Of a DNA stretch of 64,000 nt, positions 41,580 to 50,713 are shown in pieces (positions within the stretch are counted from its first letter, which is position 1; every line of letters starts with the position of its first letter). Location of the stretch: assembly GCA_963823655.1 (NCBI GenBank), contig CAWGMK010000007.1, forward strand, positions 32,001 to 96,000, given 5' to 3'. A model generated the notes under the pieces. The model did no database searches. It was not told the origin of the DNA and worked only from the letters and a program-made list of their open reading frames with translations. The stretch is from an uncultured Bacillota bacterium (GTDB lineage Bacteria; Bacillota; DTU025; MWDF01). A program made the position numbers and the translations under genes.

Positions 41580-41819
41580 TTATTCCGCGGTGAATGGCAG
41601 CAGGGCGATATGCCTGGACCTCTTGATCGCCTCGGTTACCTGGCGCTGATGCTTTGCGCAGCAGCCGCTTATCCTGCGGGGCATTATCTTGCCGCGCTCG
41701 TTTATGTACCTGCGCAGCTTTCCTAGATCCTTGTAATCTATATCGGTGGCGTGGTCCACACAGAACGTACATACGCGCCTGCGGGCCTTGCGGCCACCCT
41801 TCTCACGTTTGATCATCAT
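41580..41819 (-). CDS. rpsR: 30S ribosomal protein S18
   Basis: VCTFC..IDYKD..ERGKI.PRRISG.CAKHQR..AIKRSR..ALLP. Confidence 0.97.
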   Translation of the reverse strand: MMIKREKGGRKARRRVCTFCVDHATDIDYKDLGKLRRYINERGKIMPRRISGCCAKHQRQVTEAIKRSRHIALLPFTAE

Positions 41820-41856
41820 TTGACAACAGTCCTCCTAAATTGGTCTTGCATAGATA

Positions 41857-42285
41857 TCAGAACGGCGGCTCGTCTGCGAGTTCCTCCACTGCGAAATCGT
41901 CTTGTATCTCGTCCGAAGTCCCGCCTTCGTGAGGCTGCTGTGGACGCGGTGCAGCGCTTTCGCCCCTTCTGGGCTCAAGGAACATCACTCTGCCGGCAAC
42001 TACTTCCCAGGCTCTGCGCTTCTGGCCTTCCTGGGTCTCGTAGGAGCGCACCTGCAGCCTTCCCTCGACTGCCGTCATGTGCCCCTTCTTGACGTAATTG
42101 CTTACGTTTTCCGCCTGCTTGTCCCAGACGACTATGTCTATGAAGTCAGCCTGGTTCTTGCCGCTTTGGTCCTTAACGCCCCTGTCCACTGCGAGCGTGA
42201 ACTTCGCGACCGCCTTACCGCTCTGCGTGTAGCTTAGCACCGGGTCCTGAGTCAGTCTTCCGATAAGTATGACCCTGTTTAACAT
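41857..42285 (-). CDS. ssb: Single-stranded DNA-binding protein
   Basis: MLNRVILIGRLT.DP, FTLAVDR, ADFI, VEGRLQ.RSY, acidic ..PF tail. Confidence 0.97.
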   Translation of the reverse strand: MLNRVILIGRLTQDPVLSYTQSGKAVAKFTLAVDRGVKDQSGKNQADFIDIVVWDKQAENVSNYVKKGHMTAVEGRLQVRSYETQEGQKRRAWEVVAGRVMFLEPRRGESAAPRPQQPHEGGTSDEIQDDFAVEELADEPPF

Positions 42286-42330
42286 CTACGACACCACCTT
42301 GCTGGTATTCGGTCCGGGCAAAAGGTCCTA

Positions 42331-42618
42331 TTAGTCGTCTTTTCTGACGATTAGATGGCGGATTACGCCGTCTGTGATCTTGAAGACGCGATCGAGCTCG
42401 GCGGCGAGCGTAGGCTCGGCGTCGAAATAGAGGATTGTGTAATAACCCTCCATATTACCGTCGATCTCGTACGCCAGTCTGCGCCTACCCATACGGTCTG
42501 TCTTGGTCACCACGCCGCCGTTGTTGACGATCAATTGATCGAACTTGGCGATGGTGGCCTCGGTCTTCTCCTCGTCGAACAGAGGGGAAATTATGAACAT
42601 GCATTCATAGGCTCTCAC
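42331..42618 (-). CDS. rpsF: 30S ribosomal protein S6
   Basis: MRAYE.MFI, GRRRLAYEI, EGYY, VIRHLIV. Confidence 0.97.
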   Translation of the reverse strand: MRAYECMFIISPLFDEEKTEATIAKFDQLIVNNGGVVTKTDRMGRRRLAYEIDGNMEGYYTILYFDAEPTLAAELDRVFKITDGVIRHLIVRKDD

Positions 42619-42626
42619 TGACTATA

Positions 42627-42675
42627 CACCTCCCTTCGGACAAATGGCCCCGCAACAAGTGCGGAGCAGGGCAAC
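42627..42675 (-). ncRNA. S6:S18 ribosomal protein leader
   Basis: GCCCUGCUCCGC-hairpin-GCGGGGCCAUUUGUCCGAAGGGAGGUG resembles the Firmicute rpsF leader (CCR loop, SD pairing). Confidence 0.65.
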
Positions 42676-42802
42676 ATATAGTTTAACATCTAGGGTGTCT
42701 ATTGGCAAACCACAAAAACATGCCTGCATAATTGGCATATTTGACTCTTTGTACGCGGGCCTTTGGTGGAATTATCCGGTCTGTTAGAGCTCAATTGACG
42801 AA

Positions 42803-43333
42803 CTACAATTTCTCGGCAGATTTGTATATGCTTTCGATCTCTTTCCTGTCCATGGCCCTGTTTATAAGAAAAGCGATTGCGAAAATGCCGACGAAACTTA
42901 ATCCCAGCCGCGTTAGGGTGAATTTCGTTCCCATCGAGGCTAGCTCGAAAAGCAGCATGGGTATCTTCGTAGTGGACCATGCGCCCATGAAGATGAGGAC
43001 GTTCGAGAATTTCACGCCTTTGCGCATGAATACTGCCGCTATCGGAAATGCAGCGTACAGTGGACCTGCTGCGGCGGAACCCAGTATTATGGCAAGAACT
43101 ACGCCGAGCAACCCCGACTTCTCACCCATGAACTTGATCATGGTCTCCCTGGGCACCCAAACGTCGAGCAGGCCAAGCAAAACGAAGATGGGCGGCAGGA
43201 CCTGAAGCATCTCCTTTAGGGAAAATAGGGTCGTGTCCACAGCCTTCACGCCTGCCGGCTTATCTATTAGATACAGAAGCCCGGTCGCCAGGATCATGAT
43301 GATTAGGAACATGTACCTCTTAAGCTGTTTCAT
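42803..43333 (-). CDS. Permease half (DUF318/ArsP-like)
   Basis: PPIFVLLGLLDVWVP, AGPLYAAFP, GAWSTTKIP. Confidence 0.75.
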   Translation of the reverse strand: MKQLKRYMFLIIMILATGLLYLIDKPAGVKAVDTTLFSLKEMLQVLPPIFVLLGLLDVWVPRETMIKFMGEKSGLLGVVLAIILGSAAAGPLYAAFPIAAVFMRKGVKFSNVLIFMGAWSTTKIPMLLFELASMGTKFTLTRLGLSFVGIFAIAFLINRAMDRKEIESIYKSAEKL

Positions 43334-43815
43334 ACTCTTCCCACCACCTTCCCTATTACGAAGGCGACAAAGAAAGAGAAGACGAATGCCAGGAGGTTTC
43401 TCATCAGGGCGGCCTTCCTGCCGAAGTACCTGATCTCAAGCGGAAGGGTGACGACGCCTACCATCATAAGTGATGAAATGAAGGCACCTATCTGCATGTA
43501 ACCGGCTCCACCCTGAAGGAGCATGGAAGACAAAGGGAATGCTATGAAGCCGGGTATCAGGGTTATCGCGCCGACCAAAGATGCGAGAAGCACCCCGAGC
43601 CAGCCCGAGGAGCCTCCGATTATCTTGCTTATGATCTGCGGGTTCAGGATTGCCAGCACTATGCCTATGAGCACGAATATGCCCAAAAACTGCGGCATGA
43701 TGTTCTCAAAAGATTTCCAGGCCTTCATCAGCGCCTTCTTGGTTTTCTGGCGGTCTTTCAAGAAAGATGCCAGGACCAGGGCTATGGCCACTGAATAGAG
43801 TATGATGTTCTGCAT
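43330..43815 (-). CDS. Permease half (DUF318/ArsP-like)
   Basis: KTKKAL..AWKSF, GAITLIPGFIAFPL, LMMVGVVTLPLE..YFG. Confidence 0.75.
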   Translation of the reverse strand: MQNIILYSVAIALVLASFLKDRQKTKKALMKAWKSFENIMPQFLGIFVLIGIVLAILNPQIISKIIGGSSGWLGVLLASLVGAITLIPGFIAFPLSSMLLQGGAGYMQIGAFISSLMMVGVVTLPLEIRYFGRKAALMRNLLAFVFSFFVAFVIGKVVGRV

Positions 43816-43886
43816 ATCGGGCCCTTTCAAAGCGAAGATTTTGCTTCGACGTACCGCCGTCGTATTACTCGATATTACCTGAGTTC

Positions 43887-44333
43887 CTATAAAGCCGCCA
43901 GGTTTTCGGGCATGCCCTCTACGAAATGCCTTATCTCGTCCCTCACCCTGCGGTAGTGGACAAGCTCTTCTTCAAGGGTTTTGGCGCCCTTGGCAAGCTG
44001 CGGCGGATCATCGAACCCTTTGTGCAGCACTTTTGCCTTGCCCGGGAAGAACGGGCAGTTCTCGTTGGCATGTCCGCAAAGAGTAATGACGTAATCGAAT
44101 TCCATAGTCGGCAGCTCGGAAACTATTTTTGAGCGTTGGGCGGATATGTCCACCCCCGCCTCCTTCATGACAGCAACCGCTCTTGTGTTAAGGCCGTGCT
44201 TTTCTATGCCGGCCGAATACGCCTCGATTGACGCTGTCTTAAGTGCCCTGGCCCACCCTTCCGCCATCTGGCTCCTGCACGAATTTCCGGTGCAGAGGAA
44301 GAGTATCCTGGTCTTTGAGGTTTGCTCTTTCAT
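43887..44333 (-). CDS. arsC: Thioredoxin-dependent arsenate reductase
   Basis: LFLCTGNSCRSQMAEG, ITLC...ENCP.FPG, FDDP, RVRDEI. Confidence 0.93.
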   Translation of the reverse strand: MKEQTSKTRILFLCTGNSCRSQMAEGWARALKTASIEAYSAGIEKHGLNTRAVAVMKEAGVDISAQRSKIVSELPTMEFDYVITLCGHANENCPFFPGKAKVLHKGFDDPPQLAKGAKTLEEELVHYRRVRDEIRHFVEGMPENLAAL

Positions 44334-44378
44334 CTGTCAACGAGCTCCTTTTCCATGATCGAACCCATAAACATTGCT

Positions 44379-45437
44379 TTACTTGGCCTTGGCAGGAAAC
44401 CATCCCTTTGTTGCGTTGGCGATCTTCACTAATGTAAGCATCACCGGCACTTCCACAAGCACACCAACGACAGTGGCGACGGTGGCTCCGGAGCGAAGCC
44501 CGAAAAGGGATATGGCGACCGCAACAGACAGCTCGAAGAAGTTGGACGCGCCTATCATGCCGGCAGGGGCCGCTACGTCATGCGGCAGCCTCCATGCTTT
44601 GGCCCACAGATAAGCGATGAAGAATATCAAAAACGTCTGGATTATTAGAGGCACTGCGATCAGGAGTATGTTGAGGGGATTCTCCACGATGATCCTGCCC
44701 TGGAACGAGAATATTATGACCAGGGTAAGCAGGAGCCCCGATATAGTCACATTGCCGAATTTCGGGATGAACTGCTTCTCAAAGTAGTCGAGCCCCTTCC
44801 TGCTAGTTATCATGCTCCTGGATAACCAGCCTGCGCCCAGGGGAATGACTACGAAGAGCACGACTGACAGGAAGAGAGTCGCCCAGGGGATAGCTATGTC
44901 GCTGATGCCAAGAAGCAAACCGACGATCGGAACGAAGGCTACCAGTATTATCAAGTCGTTGGTGGCAACTTGAATCAGCGTGTATGCAGGGTCCCCTTTT
45001 GTTAGGTGGCTCCATACGAAAACCATGGCGGTACAAGGGGCGGCTCCCAGGAGCACAGCGCCCGCAAGATATTCTTTGGCCAGTTCAGCTGGTATTAGGC
45101 CTTTGAATATTACGTAGAAGAAGAGCAATGCAATGCCGTACATCGTAAACGGCTTGATAAGCCAGTTGGTGACCCAGGTGATTATTAGCCCCCTTGGGTT
45201 CTCCCCCACCTTCTTGATGCTCTGGAAGTCCACTTTAAGCATCATGGGATAGATCATGAGCCAAATGAGTATTGCCACAGGGATGGATACGTTTGCATAT
45301 TCGAATTTGCTCAAGAATTCCGGGACTTTAGGCAGGTAGACTCCTATTGCGACTCCCGCTGCCATGCAAAGCGCCACCCATACAGTAAGGTACTTCTCGA
45401 AGAAACCTATGCCGGATTTCCCTTCAACTTTTCCCAT
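44379..45437 (-). CDS. acr3: Acr3 family arsenite efflux transporter
   Basis: FFEKYLTVWV, MIYPMM, NWLIKPFTM, APCTAMVFVW, GASNFFEL, VEVPVML. Confidence 0.95.
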   Translation of the reverse strand: MGKVEGKSGIGFFEKYLTVWVALCMAAGVAIGVYLPKVPEFLSKFEYANVSIPVAILIWLMIYPMMLKVDFQSIKKVGENPRGLIITWVTNWLIKPFTMYGIALLFFYVIFKGLIPAELAKEYLAGAVLLGAAPCTAMVFVWSHLTKGDPAYTLIQVATNDLIILVAFVPIVGLLLGISDIAIPWATLFLSVVLFVVIPLGAGWLSRSMITSRKGLDYFEKQFIPKFGNVTISGLLLTLVIIFSFQGRIIVENPLNILLIAVPLIIQTFLIFFIAYLWAKAWRLPHDVAAPAGMIGASNFFELSVAVAISLFGLRSGATVATVVGVLVEVPVMLTLVKIANATKGWFPAKAK

Positions 45438-45494
45438 GCCCTATCCGCCTTTCGGATTGCCGCGGCATGTAGCCGCGACATGTTTTGTGCTTTG

Positions 45495-45737
45495 CTACTT
45501 TGCTTGCCTTTCCAGGATTTTTACGACCTCGGCAGGTTTGAGAACTTTGCCGAACGATACCACTTTTTCATCGATAACCATCGCCGGTGTGGACATCACC
45601 CCATAGGAGATTATCTGCTGGATATCGGTCACTTTCTGGACTTCAGCGACAAGGCCCATTTCATCCAGGGCGGTCTTCACGTTATCTGCCAGCACCATGC
45701 AATTTTTACAGCCGGAACCGAGTACTTTTATTACCAT
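45495..45737 (-). CDS. Small thioredoxin-fold redox-active disulfide protein
   Basis: IKVLGSGCKNC, YGVMSTPA.VID. Confidence 0.9.
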   Translation of the reverse strand: MVIKVLGSGCKNCMVLADNVKTALDEMGLVAEVQKVTDIQQIISYGVMSTPAMVIDEKVVSFGKVLKPAEVVKILERQAK

Positions 45738-45832
45738 TTGATTATGCCCCTTTCGATTCTCAGAATTTGGCAGCGGCTCATTGCTGCAAACAGTGTCAAT
45801 TTATATGTCTCGCTGTTACAGGCCTTGCCGGA

Positions 45833-46097
45833 TCAGTTGCAGCAATCCCCGGATTTCCCGCCGCAATCACATGAGCAGGGCACGGAATTCGTCGCTCTTA
45901 TCTCCTACATAGGAAATCGCCCCGACAGGGCATAGCTTTTGGCACCCATGGCAGCCTTGCACGCACCCGTCTGGAAATATCACTACTGGCACAGGTGCTT
46001 TTGCCACGTCATATACTTTGTGCCGGCAGAAGCTTGTACATGTACCGCACTCTGTGCAAAGCGAATAGTCTATTACCGGATACCATGTTTTTGACAT
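45833..46097 (-). CDS. 4Fe-4S ferredoxin with Cys-rich tail (frameshift near 45885)
   Basis: CTECGTC...C and CVQGCHGCQKLCP; the shifted frame gives CSCDCGGKSGDCCN*. Confidence 0.8.
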
Positions 46098-46141
46098 CGC
46101 TGTTTCCTCCTCAGCAAAATTCTCGAGCCTTTTACGAAAAG

Positions 46142-46681
46142 TTATGGATTTACGCCCATTTCTTTGAGCACAGAAAGAAGCTGACTTTTAGTCATTCCTC
46201 CTTCATGTCTTGTGAATAGATGTTCACCGGTGGCCTTGTTGGAATAGTAGCTCATCATATATGCGACAGGATCGGCTGGCACGAATGGTTTGCCATCGCT
46301 GCCTATGAACACTTGTGTAGGTATAAGCCTTATCGGGAATCCCTTATACAATGATGAATACTTCAAAACATCTACGAATTTTATGATCGCCTTACCGCGA
46401 AGTGTCTCGTTAAGCTCTTTCAGCACCGGCGCCATGTCTTTGCATGCGGTACATGAATCCGAGCCAAAATCTATGATTATGGGCAGTCCATATGACTTCA
46501 GTTTCTGCAGGTCGATTGGATTGGTTACGATCAAATCGAAATCGGGGTTGCTTTTTGGAGCCGCGTTCTCCATTTCATTTAACCCGGCTAAGCTTCCAAG
46601 GTTAATAGTCAGTACAAATCCAACTATTATAAGCGCCATTATCGATATGATGCTGGCTCTTATGCCGCGACTTTTTTTCAT
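46142..46681 (-). CDS. Membrane-anchored thioredoxin
   Basis: N-terminal TM; DFGSDSCTACK.M.P, IPTQVF, RHEG. Confidence 0.85.
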   Translation of the reverse strand: MKKSRGIRASIISIMALIIVGFVLTINLGSLAGLNEMENAAPKSNPDFDLIVTNPIDLQKLKSYGLPIIIDFGSDSCTACKDMAPVLKELNETLRGKAIIKFVDVLKYSSLYKGFPIRLIPTQVFIGSDGKPFVPADPVAYMMSYYSNKATGEHLFTRHEGGMTKSQLLSVLKEMGVNP

Positions 46682-46767
46682 AGCGTCCTCCTTAATACCG
46701 GGACAAATATCGATTTTCTGTACATCGCTTTGCGCCAACCGCTTACGATCGTCTTTTCAACCTATCC

Positions 46768-47784
46768 CTATACAATCAGAAGATATGCAAATGCATTGAA
46801 CAGATAGCCAATTATGATTATCCCCAGCGTCACTATGCCCACGAAGAAGGCCAACAGCTGTATCTTCACGACTTTCTTAAGCATTATCATCGAAGGTAGC
46901 GACAGCGCGGTTACGCCCATCATGAATGAAAGCGCAGTCCCCAGCCCCACGTTGTTCATAACAAGCGCTTCGGCAATAGGAAGGGTCCCGAAGATATCAG
47001 CATACATCGGTACCCCGATCAGCGTGGCCAGCGGCACGGAATACCACTTGTCCATTCCTAGAAGGGCATTAATTATGTTTTGAGGTATCCAGTTATGAAT
47101 AGCGGCCCCTATGCTAACACCGATCAATATGTAGAGCCAGACCCTTTTTACTATGTCGACAACCTGCTTTAGGGAGAAGTCGATCCTGTCTTTTGTCGTA
47201 AGCTCCTCCTGGTCCACATCAAGCACCTTGTTTCCCATAACGAAGGGCTCGACGTACCTTTCAAGCTTCAGCTTGCTTATCAATGTGCCGCCGATTACGG
47301 CCAATACCACACCTACGAACACATAGGCTAGCGCGATCTTCCAGTTGAAAATGCTCGCAAGCAGCAGAACGGATGCGAGGTCCACAAGGGGGGATGAAAT
47401 AAGAAACGAGAAAGTCACGCCTATCGGCAGACCGGCGCTGGTAAAGCCTATGAATAAGGGTATAGAAGAGCACGAGCAGAATGGCGTCACTGTGCCCAGT
47501 AAAGCGCCTACGATGTTGGCCGATACCCCCTTGAACCTGCCCAGGATCTTCCTGGTCCTCTCAGGAGGGAAGAAGCTCTGGATGTAGGAGATTGCGAAGA
47601 TCAAAAGGGACAGCAGTATGAATATCTTGATCGAATCGTAGATGAAGAAGTGAACGCTTGCGCCCACCTTGCCCTCTAAATCAAGCCCAAAAACCCTTTC
47701 GACTAAGGAGCCAATGAGCGATTTAAGCCAATCCATCCTGAGCATCTGATTATTGAGCCAACTTAGTACCGCCACTAAAAACAC
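46768..47784 (-). CDS. ArsP/DUF318 family permease
   Basis: HFFIYD.IKI, TPFCSCSSIP, FLISSP, GVPMY, LSLPS. Confidence 0.85.
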   Translation of the reverse strand: MFLVAVLSWLNNQMLRMDWLKSLIGSLVERVFGLDLEGKVGASVHFFIYDSIKIFILLSLLIFAISYIQSFFPPERTRKILGRFKGVSANIVGALLGTVTPFCSCSSIPLFIGFTSAGLPIGVTFSFLISSPLVDLASVLLLASIFNWKIALAYVFVGVVLAVIGGTLISKLKLERYVEPFVMGNKVLDVDQEELTTKDRIDFSLKQVVDIVKRVWLYILIGVSIGAAIHNWIPQNIINALLGMDKWYSVPLATLIGVPMYADIFGTLPIAEALVMNNVGLGTALSFMMGVTALSLPSMIMLKKVVKIQLLAFFVGIVTLGIIIIGYLFNAFAYLLIV

Positions 47785-47786
47785 CC

Positions 47787-48134
47787 CTAACAGCTTTTAT
47801 CTTCGTTTTGTATTGCTTCTTCCTTCATGAGGGATCCTAAGAAGTCCTCAATCAAGCCCAGCTTCTTCCGGTCCAGCGTATACTTCATCCAGACGCCTTC
47901 CCTCCGGCTGATGACAAGGCCGCTGCTTTTAAGGGTTTTCATATGGTGTGAAAGGGTTGGCTGAGTGATTTTGAACTCCTCGAGTATCTTGCATGCGCAA
48001 AGCTCCCCCTTGGTGAGCATGACCAATATCCTAAGCCTGGTCTCGTCAGCAAGGACCTTCATAAGGTAAGCATATTCCGCATATTCGTACTTCAAATCCG
48101 ATACCGCCTTTTCTATTTGGTTATAGACCGTCAT
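47787..48134 (-). CDS. arsR: ArsR/SmtB family repressor (start may be TTG near 48095)
   Basis: KVLADETRLRIL, ELCACKI, QPTLSHHM..L...GLV. Confidence 0.9.
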   Translation of the reverse strand: MTVYNQIEKAVSDLKYEYAEYAYLMKVLADETRLRILVMLTKGELCACKILEEFKITQPTLSHHMKTLKSSGLVISRREGVWMKYTLDRKKLGLIEDFLGSLMKEEAIQNEDKSC

Positions 48135-48168
48135 CTATATTATATACGGGTATAGACGCCCGTCAATA
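48122..48168 (-). promoter_or_regulatory. ars promoter with two putative ArsR operator palindromes
   Basis: TTGACG-16-TATAAT overlapped by TATAGA-N6-TCTATA (48122-48139) and TATAGA-N6-TCAATA (48151-48168). Confidence 0.65.
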
Positions 48169-48500
48169 TATCCCTGTTAAAGTCCAACTTATGGAAATTA
48201 CCTCAAAGGCTCTTAACGCTCTTTGCTTCGGCCTCTAAAGAATATTTGTGACAATTGTCCGTATTCATATACAGGTATCCGCAAAACACTTAGAATAATG
48301 ACTAAACAATTCGATTCAGCACCGCAAGCGTTCATGGCGATCCCGGAAATCGGGCCGGATATGCCTCTGTTATCATATAGATACAATTGCATACTCCCTG
48401 CATTAGAGCAGTATGTTTTGCAGGCCTCAATTTACAATTGTGAAATGCTGAATTAATATGTCTTTATTGGAACAAGCAAAACAAGAAAGGAGAGGAATTT

Positions 48501-49736
48501 ATGTTTTCCAGGAAGGTGTTAATCGCCGTATTCATCCTGGCAGCCGTGCTCGCACTGGGCGCTTTCGCCCTGCAGACCGGCGCCGATGATACCAACAGCT
48601 GCGTGGACTGCCACACCAACCCCGCCGTGATGAAGGCAATGGTTGTGGTGCCCAAGCTGGGCGGCGAAGCAGGCGAAGGCTGAGCGGGCCCCCCTCCCCC
48701 GGTCAGGGCGGAAGATTACTATTTGGGGTTCGTAGTCAGCAAGACTGCATTGGAAGAGGACGTCCACATGATGATGATGGCCTGCGCCGATTGCCATTCG
48801 GGCAATCCCGAAGCGAAGGCTAAAGCAGATGCCCATACTGGCTTAGTCAAGAGACCCTCAGACAATATCGAAACATGCGCAGGCTGCCATTCGGATCAAG
48901 CCGCGCATTATGAGACCTCCCTCCATTACACAACTGCAGGCTTCAGAAACGGGGTCATGGAGAGATTCAGCGCGGAAGAGCTCGCAAAATATGACGAGAA
49001 GGTATTCGAGCAGAGCTGCCGCAGCTGCCACGCCGCTTGTGGCGATTGCCACGTAAAATCTCCTATAGTCTCGGGTGTTAACCTGGGCCTGATCAATGGG
49101 CATGACTTCGTAAAGAAGGACGAGGCCAAGACCTGCGCCCTCTGCCACGGCGGAAGGGTGTTTACGGAGTTCACAGGCGAATACGGCGGAACGCCGGATA
49201 TCCACTATCAGAAGGGCATGCTTTGTGCAGACTGCCACACGGCTGATGAGATGCACGGGGACGGGACCGCGTATGACAGCCGCAGGGACGTGGCAAACAG
49301 GCCGCAGTGCGTAAATTGCCATCCGCTTGCTGCCAGCAGCGCGAACTCCAAAGACGCCCACGAAGCGCATCAGTCGTCGCTTTCATGCACGGCCTGCCAC
49401 ACTTCGGCCGAATACAGGAATTGCAAGAGCTGCCATGTAGGAGAAGGGGCTACTTCATTCCCCGCGCTCGTCCTCGGTAAAAACCCCAGGAACCCAGAGC
49501 AGGTGACAACGCTGAGGCTTGTCCCCACAGTGCGCTCGACATTCGAGAAGGCGGGCATAGAGCAGGTCAATTTCGACACTCTCCCCAATTGGTGGGACAC
49601 TGTGCCACATATGACGAAGAAGCGCACGGACCGCACGAAGGACTGCGCCGTATGCCATTCGGAAGGCACTTATTACATAACCAAGGACATGTTCCCGGAG
49701 GACGGCTCAAAGGCCAATGAGGGCCTTCTGCATTAA
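48501..49736 (+). CDS. Exported 11-heme c-type cytochrome, candidate selenoprotein
   Basis: Signal peptide + CVDCH, then in-frame TGA at 48681-48683 (GEAGEG-U-AGPPPPV), an open frame into ORF 48723..49736 with 10 more CxxCH. Confidence 0.85.
48695..48712 (+). promoter_or_regulatory. Candidate bacterial SECIS hairpin
   Basis: UCCCCC-GGUCA-GGG(C)GGA beginning 12 nt after the UGA. Confidence 0.55.
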
Positions 49737-49761
49737 AAATCAAATCATCGGAGGTAAAGCA

Positions 49762-50637
49762 ATGAAGAAGTATGTAGTGATCGTTCTTGTGGCCATGATG
49801 GTGACACTAGCCGGCGGAATCGCGTCCGCCGCGGACTTCAATGCTCTGGTCAGCACTTCCTGGCTGTCAGCCAACCTGACAACCCCCAATCTAGTGATCC
49901 TCGATATCCGTGCCGTCGCAGACTATAAGGCAAGCCACATCCCGGGCGCCGTAAACGTCATCTACGGGGCGCTTTCCGTAAAGAAGGGCGTTTTGGCAAA
50001 TGAGATCCCCGACCTGGCAGACCTTCAGGACATGCTGCAGGATGCCGGCATCAACAAGGACTCCACAGTAGTAATCTACAGCGCCAAGTATTCCAAGGTT
50101 GATTCCTTCGCAGGCATATATGACTCGCTTCGCATCTACTACACGCTCAAGTACGCAGGAGTCGCCAGCGTTGGCGTGCTCGACGGCGGCTTGGACAAGT
50201 GGGTCCTCGAGAAGAAGGCCGTTACTGCTGACGCAACAGTGGTAAAGACCGGCAACTTCGAAGTCAAGGCGAACGAAGCCATAATGGCCACCAAGGAAGA
50301 AGTCCTGGCTGCAGTCGGCAAGGACGTCGTAATCGTAGACGTAAGGGATACCGCGACCTATGATACAAAGCATATCAAGGGCGCCGTAAGCGTCCCCTCC
50401 GCATTCGTATTCAACGATGACGGCACAATCAAATCAGCACAGGAGCTGGCCCTCTATTCCGTGCCCAAGATCGGCACCGACCTCAAGCAGGCTATCATCA
50501 CCCATTGCGTAAGCGGGCGCACCTGCAACGCGTGGACCTTCGTCCTTCTTGAGATGCTGGGCTATAAGAACGTCGCAACATATGACGGATCATCACAGGA
50601 ATTCCCGGCGATACCGAGCCTTCCGATGGTACCGTAG
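49762..50637 (+). CDS. Exported tandem-domain rhodanese/sulfurtransferase
   Basis: Signal peptide; LVSTSWL, ILDIR, HIPGA, LDGGLDKW, HIKGA, active loop HCVSGRT, YDGS. Confidence 0.9.
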   Translation: MKKYVVIVLVAMMVTLAGGIASAADFNALVSTSWLSANLTTPNLVILDIRAVADYKASHIPGAVNVIYGALSVKKGVLANEIPDLADLQDMLQDAGINKDSTVVIYSAKYSKVDSFAGIYDSLRIYYTLKYAGVASVGVLDGGLDKWVLEKKAVTADATVVKTGNFEVKANEAIMATKEEVLAAVGKDVVIVDVRDTATYDTKHIKGAVSVPSAFVFNDDGTIKSAQELALYSVPKIGTDLKQAIITHCVSGRTCNAWTFVLLEMLGYKNVATYDGSSQEFPAIPSLPMVP

Positions 50638-50660
50638 CCTAAACACAAGCGCCAATGATT

Positions 50661-50692
50661 AGGGCCTCCTCGTATAAATGAGGAGGCCCTTT
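50661..50692. terminator. Intrinsic terminator between convergent operons
   Basis: AGGGCCTCCTC-GTATAAAT-GAGGAGGCCCT-TT. Confidence 0.75.
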
Positions 50693-50713
50693 CTATTGTA
50701 GAAGCCGTTATGA

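Noticed and set aside
45867-45869. Ferredoxin TGA as Sec
   Set aside because: Readthrough gives an unconvincing sequence, whereas a one-base shift gives a coherent Cys-rich tail.
48431-48450. Rex-like operator upstream of the cytochrome
   Set aside because: Only one half site (TTGTGAA) matches.
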